DNA of 64,000 bases. Origin: an uncultured virus (IMG/VR IMGVR_UViG_3300046004_000626). Taxonomy: Duplodnaviria; Heunggongvirae; Uroviricota; Caudoviricetes. A model generated the notes under the pieces. The model had not been told where the DNA came from, made no database searches, and worked only from the letters and a program-made list of their open reading frames with translations. Location: the IMG/VR virus record IMGVR_UViG_3300046004_000626. One strand, given 5' to 3'. Made by a program: the position numbers and the translations under genes. Shown piece after piece: positions 30,697 through 39,655 of the stretch; the first letter of the stretch is position 1, and every line of letters starts with the position of its first letter.

Positions 30697-31728
30697 ATGG
30701 CAGCCGGATTCTTTAACCAATTATTAACACAAATAAGCACAGGCGATGAAATAAAAGACTGGCAACATGCCTCTAAAACTTTTGTTGATGGATTATATAG
30801 ACTTAGTCCTAAAATTGGAACAATGTTCCATGTGTTTATTGATATTAATCCAAATATTAAACCTGGTGATAATACTGAAATTGGCATAATGGCAAAAACA
30901 GTTACGTTACCTAAATTTACTGTACAAAATAAAGTATTAAATGCCTACAATAGAAAAATTATTCATCAAGAACGAATTAACTATGACCCGATTAGCTTTA
31001 CATTTCATGATGATAGTTCTAATGTAGTCCGTGACTTTTGGCAGGGATACTACCAGTATTATTATAGAGACTGGGAACAACAAGAACAGGTATATAAACA
31101 AGAATCTAAATATAAAAAACGTACTTCACAAAATTGGGGATTTAGCCCAGTGGCTAATGGCACAGGTGCACCTAATTATATCACAGCTATTCGAATTTAT
31201 AGTCTACATCAGAAATCATTTAGCAGTTATATTTTAATAAATCCAACAATACAAAGTTTTGCACATGGGCAACATACTGCTGGGGATTATAGTCCTATGG
31301 AACATAGTATGACTGTAGCATATGAAGCAATTCATTATGAATCGGGCCCAGTTGCCAGTGGCAAAGTGCAGGGGTTCGCACAGGTACATTACGATAAGTC
31401 AGCTAGCCCGTTGTCAAGTTTAGGCGGCGGTACAACTAGCATACTTGGACAGGGTGGATTAGTGCAAGGTATTGGTGATGTTTTAACTAACCTAGGCAGC
31501 GGCAACTTCGGCGCTGCGGCATTGGGTGCATTACGCACAGGATCCAATTTTAAAAATACTAATATTAAAAATGTAGCTTCGGCAGAACTTAAACAAACTG
31601 CAATGAATATACTTCGTGGACAGAATACACAGAGCACAGTATTTGTACCGACTATATCAAGTGTACAAACGGGATTAGCTAAAGCAATAACACCTGCAAC
31701 AAGAAAATCCTCGGGCAACATGAATTAA
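30697..31728 (+). CDS. tube-fold baseplate/tail tube initiator-like protein
   Basis: VTLPKF, YDPISFTFHDD and MTVAYE tube-like motifs. Confidence 0.6.
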   Translation: MAAGFFNQLLTQISTGDEIKDWQHASKTFVDGLYRLSPKIGTMFHVFIDINPNIKPGDNTEIGIMAKTVTLPKFTVQNKVLNAYNRKIIHQERINYDPISFTFHDDSSNVVRDFWQGYYQYYYRDWEQQEQVYKQESKYKKRTSQNWGFSPVANGTGAPNYITAIRIYSLHQKSFSSYILINPTIQSFAHGQHTAGDYSPMEHSMTVAYEAIHYESGPVASGKVQGFAQVHYDKSASPLSSLGGGTTSILGQGGLVQGIGDVLTNLGSGNFGAAALGALRTGSNFKNTNIKNVASAELKQTAMNILRGQNTQSTVFVPTISSVQTGLAKAITPATRKSSGNMN

Positions 31729-31737
31729 AGGAATAAT

Positions 31738-32103
31738 ATGTCAGTAACTGGAAATTTACCACCAAGCGTTGATACAAATAGTACAACGACTTACTTTAAT
31801 AATTTTTTTAATCCTAACTTTACAATCGGTCAAAATGCCGACGATGCTATAGTGGGATATTTTCAAACCGTGACAGGCAATAAAGAAAGTGGATCAGCAC
31901 TAGCCGCATCTGTTATCTACACTGCACAAACACAAGGTATCGATCCAATGACAATACTTGATGAATTTCGCAAATTAAATAAAAATGAACTTAATGCATA
32001 TCTAACAATGTTTCTTAACTTAAATAGAGTTAATACTAGTTTATTAGGACTTAGCAATAGTCCGCAACTAAACAAATACATAGCACGATCTATCCTTGCA
32101 TAA
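31738..32103 (+). CDS. hypothetical structural protein
   Basis: 121 aa, AAGGA RBS. Confidence 0.65.
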   Translation: MSVTGNLPPSVDTNSTTTYFNNFFNPNFTIGQNADDAIVGYFQTVTGNKESGSALAASVIYTAQTQGIDPMTILDEFRKLNKNELNAYLTMFLNLNRVNTSLLGLSNSPQLNKYIARSILA

Positions 32104-32213
32104 TGAATATCACAGAATAGTGTAAATACTGCGGAACGACAACTAATAAAGGTAATTATTCGCGTTGGCACAACACAAATTGTAAAGGATATAGAGATGG
32201 CAAAGTATGCTAG
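32103..32213 (+). pseudogene. remnant of a deleted homing endonuclease gene
   Basis: One frame reads MNITE*CKYCGTTTNKGNYSRWHNTNCKGYRDGKVC*; CxxCG...NxxRWHxxNCK is a C-terminal Zn-finger type of phage homing endonucleases. Confidence 0.65.
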
Positions 32214-32628
32214 CGGAAAATATATTATAAAAAATCCAGAAAAATATATAGGAAAACGAGCACCCACTTATCGGAGTAGTTGGGAATTCACATTTATGTG
32301 TTTTGCTGATAATAACCCATCTGTTATTAACTGGGCTAGTGAAGCAATTACTATTCCATATCGCAATCCAGTAACTGGCAAGAATACAGTGTATATTCCA
32401 GATTTTCTTGTAGTCTATTTAGATGCAAATCAACAACGTCATACTGAACTTATTGAAATTAAACCTAGCAAAGAAACAACAATGGAAGCAGCTAAAAGCT
32501 ATCGTGACAAACTATCAGTAGCTATTAACCTAGCTAAATGGGCTATGGCAGATCAATGGGCTAAATCACACGGTATGCGTTTTAGAGTAGTATCAGAATT
32601 TGATATTTTTAAAAACGTTAAACGTTAG
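32197..32628 (+). CDS. gp4: head completion nuclease (TnsA-like)
   Basis: NPEKYIG, YRSSWE, WASE, YIPDF and IEIKP motifs. Confidence 0.9.
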   Translation: MAKYASGKYIIKNPEKYIGKRAPTYRSSWEFTFMCFADNNPSVINWASEAITIPYRNPVTGKNTVYIPDFLVVYLDANQQRHTELIEIKPSKETTMEAAKSYRDKLSVAINLAKWAMADQWAKSHGMRFRVVSEFDIFKNVKR

Positions 32629-32633
32629 ATACT

Positions 32634-33599
32634 ATGCAACGAATCAAATTAAAAACAGTTGAAATAATATACGGTCATCGGTGCAATCTTAGTTGTCGTG
32701 GTTGCTCTAGTGGATCCGACTTCATTAAAGATTCTCAATTTGATCCAACAATAGAATCAATATACAAAAGTATAGAAGATCTTAGTAAGTATGTTGACCC
32801 AGAATCAATAGATCTCATTGGCGGCGAATTGTTCCTATATTGGGATAAAGTACAGCTTATAGTTAAAAAAATCCGAGAATACTATCCGACTACCGTGATC
32901 TGTTTGTTAACCAATGGCCTACTAATAGATAAATTTAAAAAACCATTATTATCACTATGTGAAACTTATCACCCATGCAATGTAGATATAACTGATCATT
33001 TTACATTATTTTCGCGAGATGTAATTGCAAAGAAATATCATGCTAAATTAGATAAATTCGTAGAGAACTTAGCCGCTGACAAGGTATCGTCTATACCATT
33101 GACGCTTGATGTAACTTGGTTAAAAAATAATAAAGATGCTGTAACAGCAACTAATTTACATAAATTATCATCATGGGCGGAAATATATCACGTAAACTCA
33201 AATACTGTCCAAGTTTCAAGGCTCGCAGAATTCAAAGCCGGATATTTTGAAATTGATGGATTATTGAAACCATATGCCACAAATGATCCTGCGGGCTCGT
33301 ATGCTAATGGTTGCGGTATGCCGCATTGTCATGCACTTGTTGATTCTAAGTTATACAAATGTAGCTGGTTTTTAGTAATGCCATATCTATTAAAAATTAA
33401 AGGACAACTCGATGATCCGGACTGGCAAAAATATTTAAAATACAAGCCGATAGATTTAACTAATACAACTCCTGAAGAGCTTGAACATTTTTATATTACA
33501 AGTAGTCGAGAAATTGGATTATGTGATGTGTGCAATAACAATCAGAGCACTAACATACGACAAACAAAATATAATGTTATACCAATACACAATAAATAG
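32634..33599 (+). CDS. radical SAM protein
   Basis: CNLSCRGC (CxxxCxxC), GGE and TNG motifs, C-terminal Cys cluster. Confidence 0.85.
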   Translation: MQRIKLKTVEIIYGHRCNLSCRGCSSGSDFIKDSQFDPTIESIYKSIEDLSKYVDPESIDLIGGELFLYWDKVQLIVKKIREYYPTTVICLLTNGLLIDKFKKPLLSLCETYHPCNVDITDHFTLFSRDVIAKKYHAKLDKFVENLAADKVSSIPLTLDVTWLKNNKDAVTATNLHKLSSWAEIYHVNSNTVQVSRLAEFKAGYFEIDGLLKPYATNDPAGSYANGCGMPHCHALVDSKLYKCSWFLVMPYLLKIKGQLDDPDWQKYLKYKPIDLTNTTPEELEHFYITSSREIGLCDVCNNNQSTNIRQTKYNVIPIHNK

Positions 33600-33605
33600 T
33601 TTACT

Positions 33606-34115
33606 ATGACAAAAAAACTTGAAGAACTCTTTAACCTTGCTCCTACTGAAGAAGCTACCGTAGACGACGCAACCACCACAATTGAAGAAAATAGAGCACT
33701 CATTGAAGAAATGGATCTTACTATTGATAAAATTGATGCGGCACTGCCACACGTCAACGATCTAGATGTAACTGATAAAGAACTAGATGAGTTAAGTGAC
33801 CTAGCTAAAGACAAGTTTCAAGACCTAATGGATTTAGGTATGAATGTTGAAGCACGCTTTAGCGGGCATATCTTAGCCACAGCGGGTACATTGCTAGGAC
33901 ATGCAATCACTGCTAAACAGGCTAAGATTGATAGAAAGATACGTACAATTGATCTACAACTTAAAAAGATGCGATTAGATCAGCAGGCAGCAAAAGATGC
34001 TAGTAAGACAGATGGTGATAAGTTACTTGATGCGGTAGATGGTACTAGCGGTGGTGTAGTGCTTGATAGAAACGCCTTACTAGCACAGATACTAGGCAAA
34101 AGCAAGCCAGATTAA
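33606..34115 (+). CDS. helical late protein, possibly terminase small subunit
   Basis: 169 aa, C-terminal DRNALL; TAAATA 7 nt upstream. Confidence 0.45.
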   Translation: MTKKLEELFNLAPTEEATVDDATTTIEENRALIEEMDLTIDKIDAALPHVNDLDVTDKELDELSDLAKDKFQDLMDLGMNVEARFSGHILATAGTLLGHAITAKQAKIDRKIRTIDLQLKKMRLDQQAAKDASKTDGDKLLDAVDGTSGGVVLDRNALLAQILGKSKPD

Positions 34116-34157
34116 AACAGCAATTTTGAATAAATAACTGTAAGGATATATAAAACT

Positions 34158-34763
34158 ATGAAGAATTTTCTACAACATTTAACTGAAAGTCACAAGACCT
34201 ATGAGTTTCGCATTAAAATTGCTAACATTGACCCAGCTGAAAAACTAGCAGTATTGGAAGCAGCACTTGATGCATATGGCTTAGAAAGTATGAGTAAAGC
34301 TAAACGTTTACCAATTCAGCCTAGTGATATTGATTTTCCAAGTATGGCAAACTGTCAAATTTATTTGATGGATGTTGTACTTACATATCCAGTTAACGAA
34401 GCACAACTACGTGCCATTGTTAGCGAGCGTGCAGGCATTCCACAGGCAAGCATTGTAGTAGTAAGTCCGCATCACCCAGAAGAACAACGTCGTTGGAATT
34501 TAGAAGGCAACGATGTGCGTGAATTCAAAAAAGGTGAAGCAGTATTAGATAAAGAATACTCACATGATGAATGTGCCTGCGGCGAAGAAGCTAGTAAAGC
34601 ATACAGTCAAGGTAGTTTTCTTAAAGAATTAAACAAAGTTAAGTTTGAAATTGCTGGCAATGAACCGGCAGATGGTAAAACAACAAATGATTTACCACAA
34701 GGAACACAAAGCCCAGTGGGCTCAGTACAAAATAAAATACCAAGCCCAGTTAAAGGAAAATAA
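34158..34763 (+). CDS. hypothetical protein, candidate internal head protein
   Basis: N-terminus MKNFLQHLTE resembles the T4 capsid-targeting sequence. Confidence 0.55.
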   Translation: MKNFLQHLTESHKTYEFRIKIANIDPAEKLAVLEAALDAYGLESMSKAKRLPIQPSDIDFPSMANCQIYLMDVVLTYPVNEAQLRAIVSERAGIPQASIVVVSPHHPEEQRRWNLEGNDVREFKKGEAVLDKEYSHDECACGEEASKAYSQGSFLKELNKVKFEIAGNEPADGKTTNDLPQGTQSPVGSVQNKIPSPVKGK

Positions 34764-34767
34764 TAAA

Positions 34768-36765
34768 ATGAGCAACAACATCTACAACATCTTAGGCAAG
34801 TTAAAAGGCATTTCTGATACTGCCGCACCAACGCCAGATACAGAAGCTACTACAGTCTACGAAAGCGTAGATGCACGTGGTAGTATCACCGAAGCAGTTA
34901 AAAGTTTAGAAGCAAAATATCAAACTTTTAAAGAAGCTGCCGCTAAACCAGACTTCTTAGACTTAGATAAAGATGGCGACAAGAAAGAGCCAATGAAGCA
35001 AGCTGTTAAGGAAAAAAAAGCTGAACCTTTTAGTAGCGACGACTACGATGAATACGGTGTACGTCACTCCTCATCTTTTAATCAACCACCTAAGAAAGCA
35101 GTTAAAGATAAAAACAATGCCAAAGGTGCGTTTAAAGATATGTTTGGCGGTGATGCAAACGACCTAACTAGCAAATTAAAAATTAAAGAAGGAATGGATG
35201 ATTTAACTGACTTAGATAGCTATCAATTTGCTGATCCAGATACAGATACTAGTATTGATCCAGCAAGTGCTAAAAAATCTGCGGCAGAAAAACGCCGTCG
35301 CTTACAAGATATTGAAGATCGTCGAGCAGAAAAAGACGACTGGTTTAGCGGTAAAGATGCAGAGCCAAATGTTCGTATTCATCAAGCAACATATCAAGAT
35401 GAGCCAGAAGAGTTAGACGAATTAACTACAGCTACAGGTGGAGTTGTCACTAAGCAAGGTAATGTAACCACGCACAAAGGTAAAAAATATGGCGGTGAAG
35501 AAGAACAAGACCGTCGTGAAAAAGATATTATGGATCGTAAAAGCCGTTACAACGTAGTTGATGTAGGCGACGATGAAGATTACGAGATAAACGAAGGCAC
35601 CGAGTTTAAAGATGCTGGCAAAATTAAAAATTCTGCTCCTGCTATGAAAAAAGCTAAACTTGCTAAAATTAAAGAAGGTCGAGTAATGGAAGAAACTGAT
35701 TACTTCTATGAACAAGTTGCCAAAGCATTATGTGAAAAGAATCCTAATTTAAACACAGCAGACAGCGAATTTGAAATGGCTGTGCGTAAAGAAATGGTAG
35801 CACAAGGTATCCAACCTAACCGTGCTAGAAACATTCTTTTAATGGACGAAGATTTCTTAGGTGACGTAGCAACATCATATAGCCACTACTGTAAAGAAGT
35901 TGCTGAGTGCGGTGCTCCAATGAATAGTCACTTGGGTGGTATATCAGAATTAGATGAAATTGCAGCATTAGCTGGATTGCCTGCTCCTGTTGCCGAAACT
36001 GATGTAGCACAAGAAATTGGATTAGAAAGATCTAGCTTAGAAGAGTTAGACGAAAGTTCAATTAATGAAGCTGCAAGCCGTAAAGACTTCCGTATGGTAG
36101 CAGATTTAATTAAAAATATTCCAGATGAGGCTAAACGTAAAGAGTTAGCACAACATCACGCTGATATATTTAAACAGCAAAACCCACGCTTCAGCCATGA
36201 TAAATTCTATGCTGCCGCAGGTGTTGTTGAAGCTGAATTACTACCTAATCCACCAGCTGAAATTAATGTTGATATGGATTCCTTACCAGAAGCAGAAATG
36301 GCAGAAGGCAATGAATTCTCAGGCGCATTAGCAGCTGCTAAGGCAAGTGGTGCTAAAGAGTTCGAAGTTGCTGGTAAACGTTACACAGTTAAAGAAGATA
36401 TTAATGTCAACATTACTGCTAACGGTCAAGAAGATGCACTTAACTTATTCCGTAAACTAGCAGGCATGGAACAAGTTACAGCACAACCAGTAATACAAGC
36501 AGTTGAATTACCACAAGATGCAGAATCAGCTATTGCACAAGGTATGATTGATGCAGTTGATGAAGAACGTGATCCAGAATACGTAAACAGTCCACGCGAA
36601 CAAACAGCTGGCATTGATGCTGCTATTCCAAGCGGCAATGATTTACATGCTACTAAACGTGCTTACAAAATTGCACAGCCAGGTGACAATCCGATGGCAG
36701 TTGCAGAAGCTAAAGATACTAGCTGGAGCAAATATACTAGCTTGTTAAAAGGTCTAACAAAATGA
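34768..36765 (+). CDS. large acidic protein, candidate prohead core/internal protein
   Basis: ATG 34768 after AAGGA; very E/D/K-rich; DLDKDGD EF-hand-like loop. Confidence 0.6.
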   Translation: MSNNIYNILGKLKGISDTAAPTPDTEATTVYESVDARGSITEAVKSLEAKYQTFKEAAAKPDFLDLDKDGDKKEPMKQAVKEKKAEPFSSDDYDEYGVRHSSSFNQPPKKAVKDKNNAKGAFKDMFGGDANDLTSKLKIKEGMDDLTDLDSYQFADPDTDTSIDPASAKKSAAEKRRRLQDIEDRRAEKDDWFSGKDAEPNVRIHQATYQDEPEELDELTTATGGVVTKQGNVTTHKGKKYGGEEEQDRREKDIMDRKSRYNVVDVGDDEDYEINEGTEFKDAGKIKNSAPAMKKAKLAKIKEGRVMEETDYFYEQVAKALCEKNPNLNTADSEFEMAVRKEMVAQGIQPNRARNILLMDEDFLGDVATSYSHYCKEVAECGAPMNSHLGGISELDEIAALAGLPAPVAETDVAQEIGLERSSLEELDESSINEAASRKDFRMVADLIKNIPDEAKRKELAQHHADIFKQQNPRFSHDKFYAAAGVVEAELLPNPPAEINVDMDSLPEAEMAEGNEFSGALAAAKASGAKEFEVAGKRYTVKEDINVNITANGQEDALNLFRKLAGMEQVTAQPVIQAVELPQDAESAIAQGMIDAVDEERDPEYVNSPREQTAGIDAAIPSGNDLHATKRAYKIAQPGDNPMAVAEAKDTSWSKYTSLLKGLTK

Positions 36766-37067
36766 GTTCAGACTTATTAAAAAAATATGCGATGATTGTT
36801 GAAAACGGTAGTTCATTAGAACAGCCAGTCCAAGAAGCACTTTGGGATGATGAAGGCACTAGCCACGCGGCTGATCTAATAGATCAACTCGAGGAAGCAT
36901 TATCGGAAGCGGTTAGAATTGCGAATCAACTTGAATCTACTAAAGAAGTAGGTAATGTTGTTGGTGCATACACTCGCCCGTGGCTTGAAGCATTTTTGCG
37001 TAGTAATAGTCAAACAGGTTCTGTAACTGATCTACGTGGTAGACTAGAAGAAGACGACGAATATTAA
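36762..37067 (+). CDS. hypothetical acidic protein
   Basis: 101 aa, ATGA overlap. Confidence 0.6.
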   Translation: MSSDLLKKYAMIVENGSSLEQPVQEALWDDEGTSHAADLIDQLEEALSEAVRIANQLESTKEVGNVVGAYTRPWLEAFLRSNSQTGSVTDLRGRLEEDDEY

Positions 37068-37068
37068 A

Positions 37069-37410
37069 ATGAAAACATTACGCGAATATATTGAGCAACT
37101 TGCTGAGGCCACTATGGACCCAGAAACACAAAATATGCTGAATATAGCAAAGGCTAAGTATCCCGATGCAAATAATGATGATTTTGGCGCATTAGCAACA
37201 TTAGTACGTAAAGCAAACAAACACAGTATGTCTGATATTAAAACGCTTGGTGCAGAAAATGATGCAGAAGAAGCAGACATTGATCAATTAGAAATTGAAA
37301 ATGATAGTGAAGAATTAGCAATTGATGCAAATAGTGATAAACTTGACGCACTTACAGATGAGCTTGAACAGTTACGTAAACAAATAGCTACACTAACAGG
37401 CAAATACTAA
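37069..37410 (+). CDS. hypothetical acidic coiled-coil protein
   Basis: 113 aa, starts MKTLREYIEQLAE. Confidence 0.6.
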   Translation: MKTLREYIEQLAEATMDPETQNMLNIAKAKYPDANNDDFGALATLVRKANKHSMSDIKTLGAENDAEEADIDQLEIENDSEELAIDANSDKLDALTDELEQLRKQIATLTGKY

Positions 37411-37763
37411 TGAAAATTAATGAAATAGTTACTGAAGGTGATGTTAGAACGGGTTCTAAAAATGCCCTTCCTAATCTTCAGTCTTTCCCTCATTTAGATA
37501 ACAACGCTAACCCATACCTAGCCTACCGCTTTGGTATTGAGCTAGCCGGCGCACCTGATGTAGACGCTGATCAACGTGCCGGCACCGGCAGTGACTTTGT
37601 AACAGTAGGTTACAGCGATGCCGACGATAAAATTATTGCTCACGCAGCTAAGAAGTTTGGACTTAAACGTAAAACGCATGGCGGCAAAGACAGTGTCGAG
37701 TCCAGCAAAGTAAACAAAGTCAGTCCTGTAGCCGCGCCAAAGAAAAACAAATACGGTGTTTAA
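37410..37763 (+). CDS. hypothetical protein
   Basis: 117 aa, starts MKINEIVTE. Confidence 0.65.
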   Translation: MKINEIVTEGDVRTGSKNALPNLQSFPHLDNNANPYLAYRFGIELAGAPDVDADQRAGTGSDFVTVGYSDADDKIIAHAAKKFGLKRKTHGGKDSVESSKVNKVSPVAAPKKNKYGV

Positions 37764-38064
37764 ACAATATTCCATTCGTACACAAGACTATTCTCAGGAC
37801 ACTATTCCTGATGCTGTACTTGACTCTGCCGATCCTATACATGAAATGAAAGCACTTGCTGGATTAAATGGATCTGGACTAGGCGGGCTAGCACAGCTAC
37901 AAGAATATACTGCTAGCCAAACTAGCGACGAAGGTAGTAACTGTAGCGTTACTGCTGACGAAAAAATAAAATACCAACAACAAAACAACGTAAAGCCAGG
38001 AACACCCGAGTGGTTCCGTTTATGGTTTTCTAAGCCTTATTTGACAGGCGAATCTCCTTTCTAA
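37756..38064 (+). CDS. hypothetical protein
   Basis: 102 aa, GTG start; KPGTPEWFRLWF motif. Confidence 0.6.
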   Translation: MFKQYSIRTQDYSQDTIPDAVLDSADPIHEMKALAGLNGSGLGGLAQLQEYTASQTSDEGSNCSVTADEKIKYQQQNNVKPGTPEWFRLWFSKPYLTGESPF

Positions 38065-38077
38065 CATAAGTATTTGT

Positions 38078-39640
38078 ATGGCTAAATCACTTGAAGGCGT
38101 ACTTGTAAAACGTGCGCACCAAACAGAAACCTTTACCGAACAGCAAATCTTAGAGTTTGCTCGTTGTGCTGACCCTATTACCGGGCCAGAATACTTTATG
38201 AGTAACTATTTCTATATACAGCATCCTACTAAAGGTCGTATGTTGTACCAACCATTTGATTATCAAAAACGTTTAATTGAAACATATCACAACTATCGTT
38301 TTAGCATATCATTAATGCCGCGACAAACAGGCAAATCAACATCTGCTGCAGGCTACTTGCTATGGTACGCTATGTTTGTACCAGATAGTACTATCCTAAT
38401 TGCCGCACACAAATACACAGGTTCACAAGAAATTATGGCTCGTATACGTTATGCATACGAGCTGTGTCCCGACTTTATACGTGCCGGTGCCACAAGCTAC
38501 AACAAAGGTAGTATAGACTTTGAAAATGGCAGTAGAATTAACTCATCAACTACAACAGAAAATACCGGCCGGGGTATGTCTATTTCATTATTATATTGCG
38601 ATGAGTTTGCGTTTGTGCGCAGTACCATTGGCCGTGAATTCTGGACTTCTATTAGTCCTACACTAGCAACAGGTGGTAAATGTATTATCACATCAACACC
38701 TAATTCAGATGAAGACCAATTTGCTACCTTATGGAAAGGAGCCAACAAATGCATCGACGAATTTGGCAATGCCACTGAATTAGGAGTTAATGGGTTTAAA
38801 TCATTCCGTAGCTTCTGGCGCGAACATCCGGATAGAGATGATAAATGGGCCGCAGAACAGCGTAGTCAATTAGGTGACGAACGTTTCCGTCGTGAAATGG
38901 ATTGTGAATTTATTATCTGGGACGAAACATTAATTAATCCAGGACATTTAATTGAAATGGACGGAATTGACCCAATTGAACGACAAGGTCAAATACGTTG
39001 GTATAAAAAACCTAGCCCAACAAACACTTATCTTGTAGCATTGGATCCTAGTCTTGGTACAGGTGGTGATCCTGCGGCAATACAAATATTTGAATTGCCT
39101 AGCTTTATGCAAGTAGGAGAATGGCAACACAATCGCACACCAATACAGCAACAAATCGGTATATTACGAGAAATCACACGCTATCTGGCAGAAACAATAC
39201 CAGTAAACAACATTTACTACAGTATGGAAAACAACACAATAGGTGAAGCGGCACTAATAACAGTAGCCGAAATGGGCGAGGAAAATATCAAAGGAACATT
39301 CTTAAATGAACCTAAGGCTATGGGCTCTGGCAGACGCTATCGTAAAGGATTTAATACTACAAACAAAAGCAAAATATCAGCTTGTTCTAAGTTAAAAAAT
39401 CTAATAGAAACCAAACGTATGACTATTGCTAGTAAGAACCTAATATCAGAATTAAAAACATTTGTAGCAACTGGATCAAGTTTTGCGGCTAAGCCCGGCG
39501 AAACAGATGACTTGGTGATGAGCCTGGTGTTAATAGTACGTATGGCAATGCTACTACAAACATATGATGCAACACTTGACAATGCAATGCGCGATACACT
39601 TGATGATTTTATCGAGCCAATGCCATTCATAATGTTCTAA
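38078..39640 (+). CDS. gp17: terminase large subunit
   Basis: PRQTGKS Walker A, LLYCDEFAF Walker B, ITSTPN, and nuclease ALDPSLG / TDDLVM motifs; no intron seen. Confidence 0.95.
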   Translation: MAKSLEGVLVKRAHQTETFTEQQILEFARCADPITGPEYFMSNYFYIQHPTKGRMLYQPFDYQKRLIETYHNYRFSISLMPRQTGKSTSAAGYLLWYAMFVPDSTILIAAHKYTGSQEIMARIRYAYELCPDFIRAGATSYNKGSIDFENGSRINSSTTTENTGRGMSISLLYCDEFAFVRSTIGREFWTSISPTLATGGKCIITSTPNSDEDQFATLWKGANKCIDEFGNATELGVNGFKSFRSFWREHPDRDDKWAAEQRSQLGDERFRREMDCEFIIWDETLINPGHLIEMDGIDPIERQGQIRWYKKPSPTNTYLVALDPSLGTGGDPAAIQIFELPSFMQVGEWQHNRTPIQQQIGILREITRYLAETIPVNNIYYSMENNTIGEAALITVAEMGEENIKGTFLNEPKAMGSGRRYRKGFNTTNKSKISACSKLKNLIETKRMTIASKNLISELKTFVATGSSFAAKPGETDDLVMSLVLIVRMAMLLQTYDATLDNAMRDTLDDFIEPMPFIMF

Positions 39641-39655
39641 TTGAATAAATACAAT

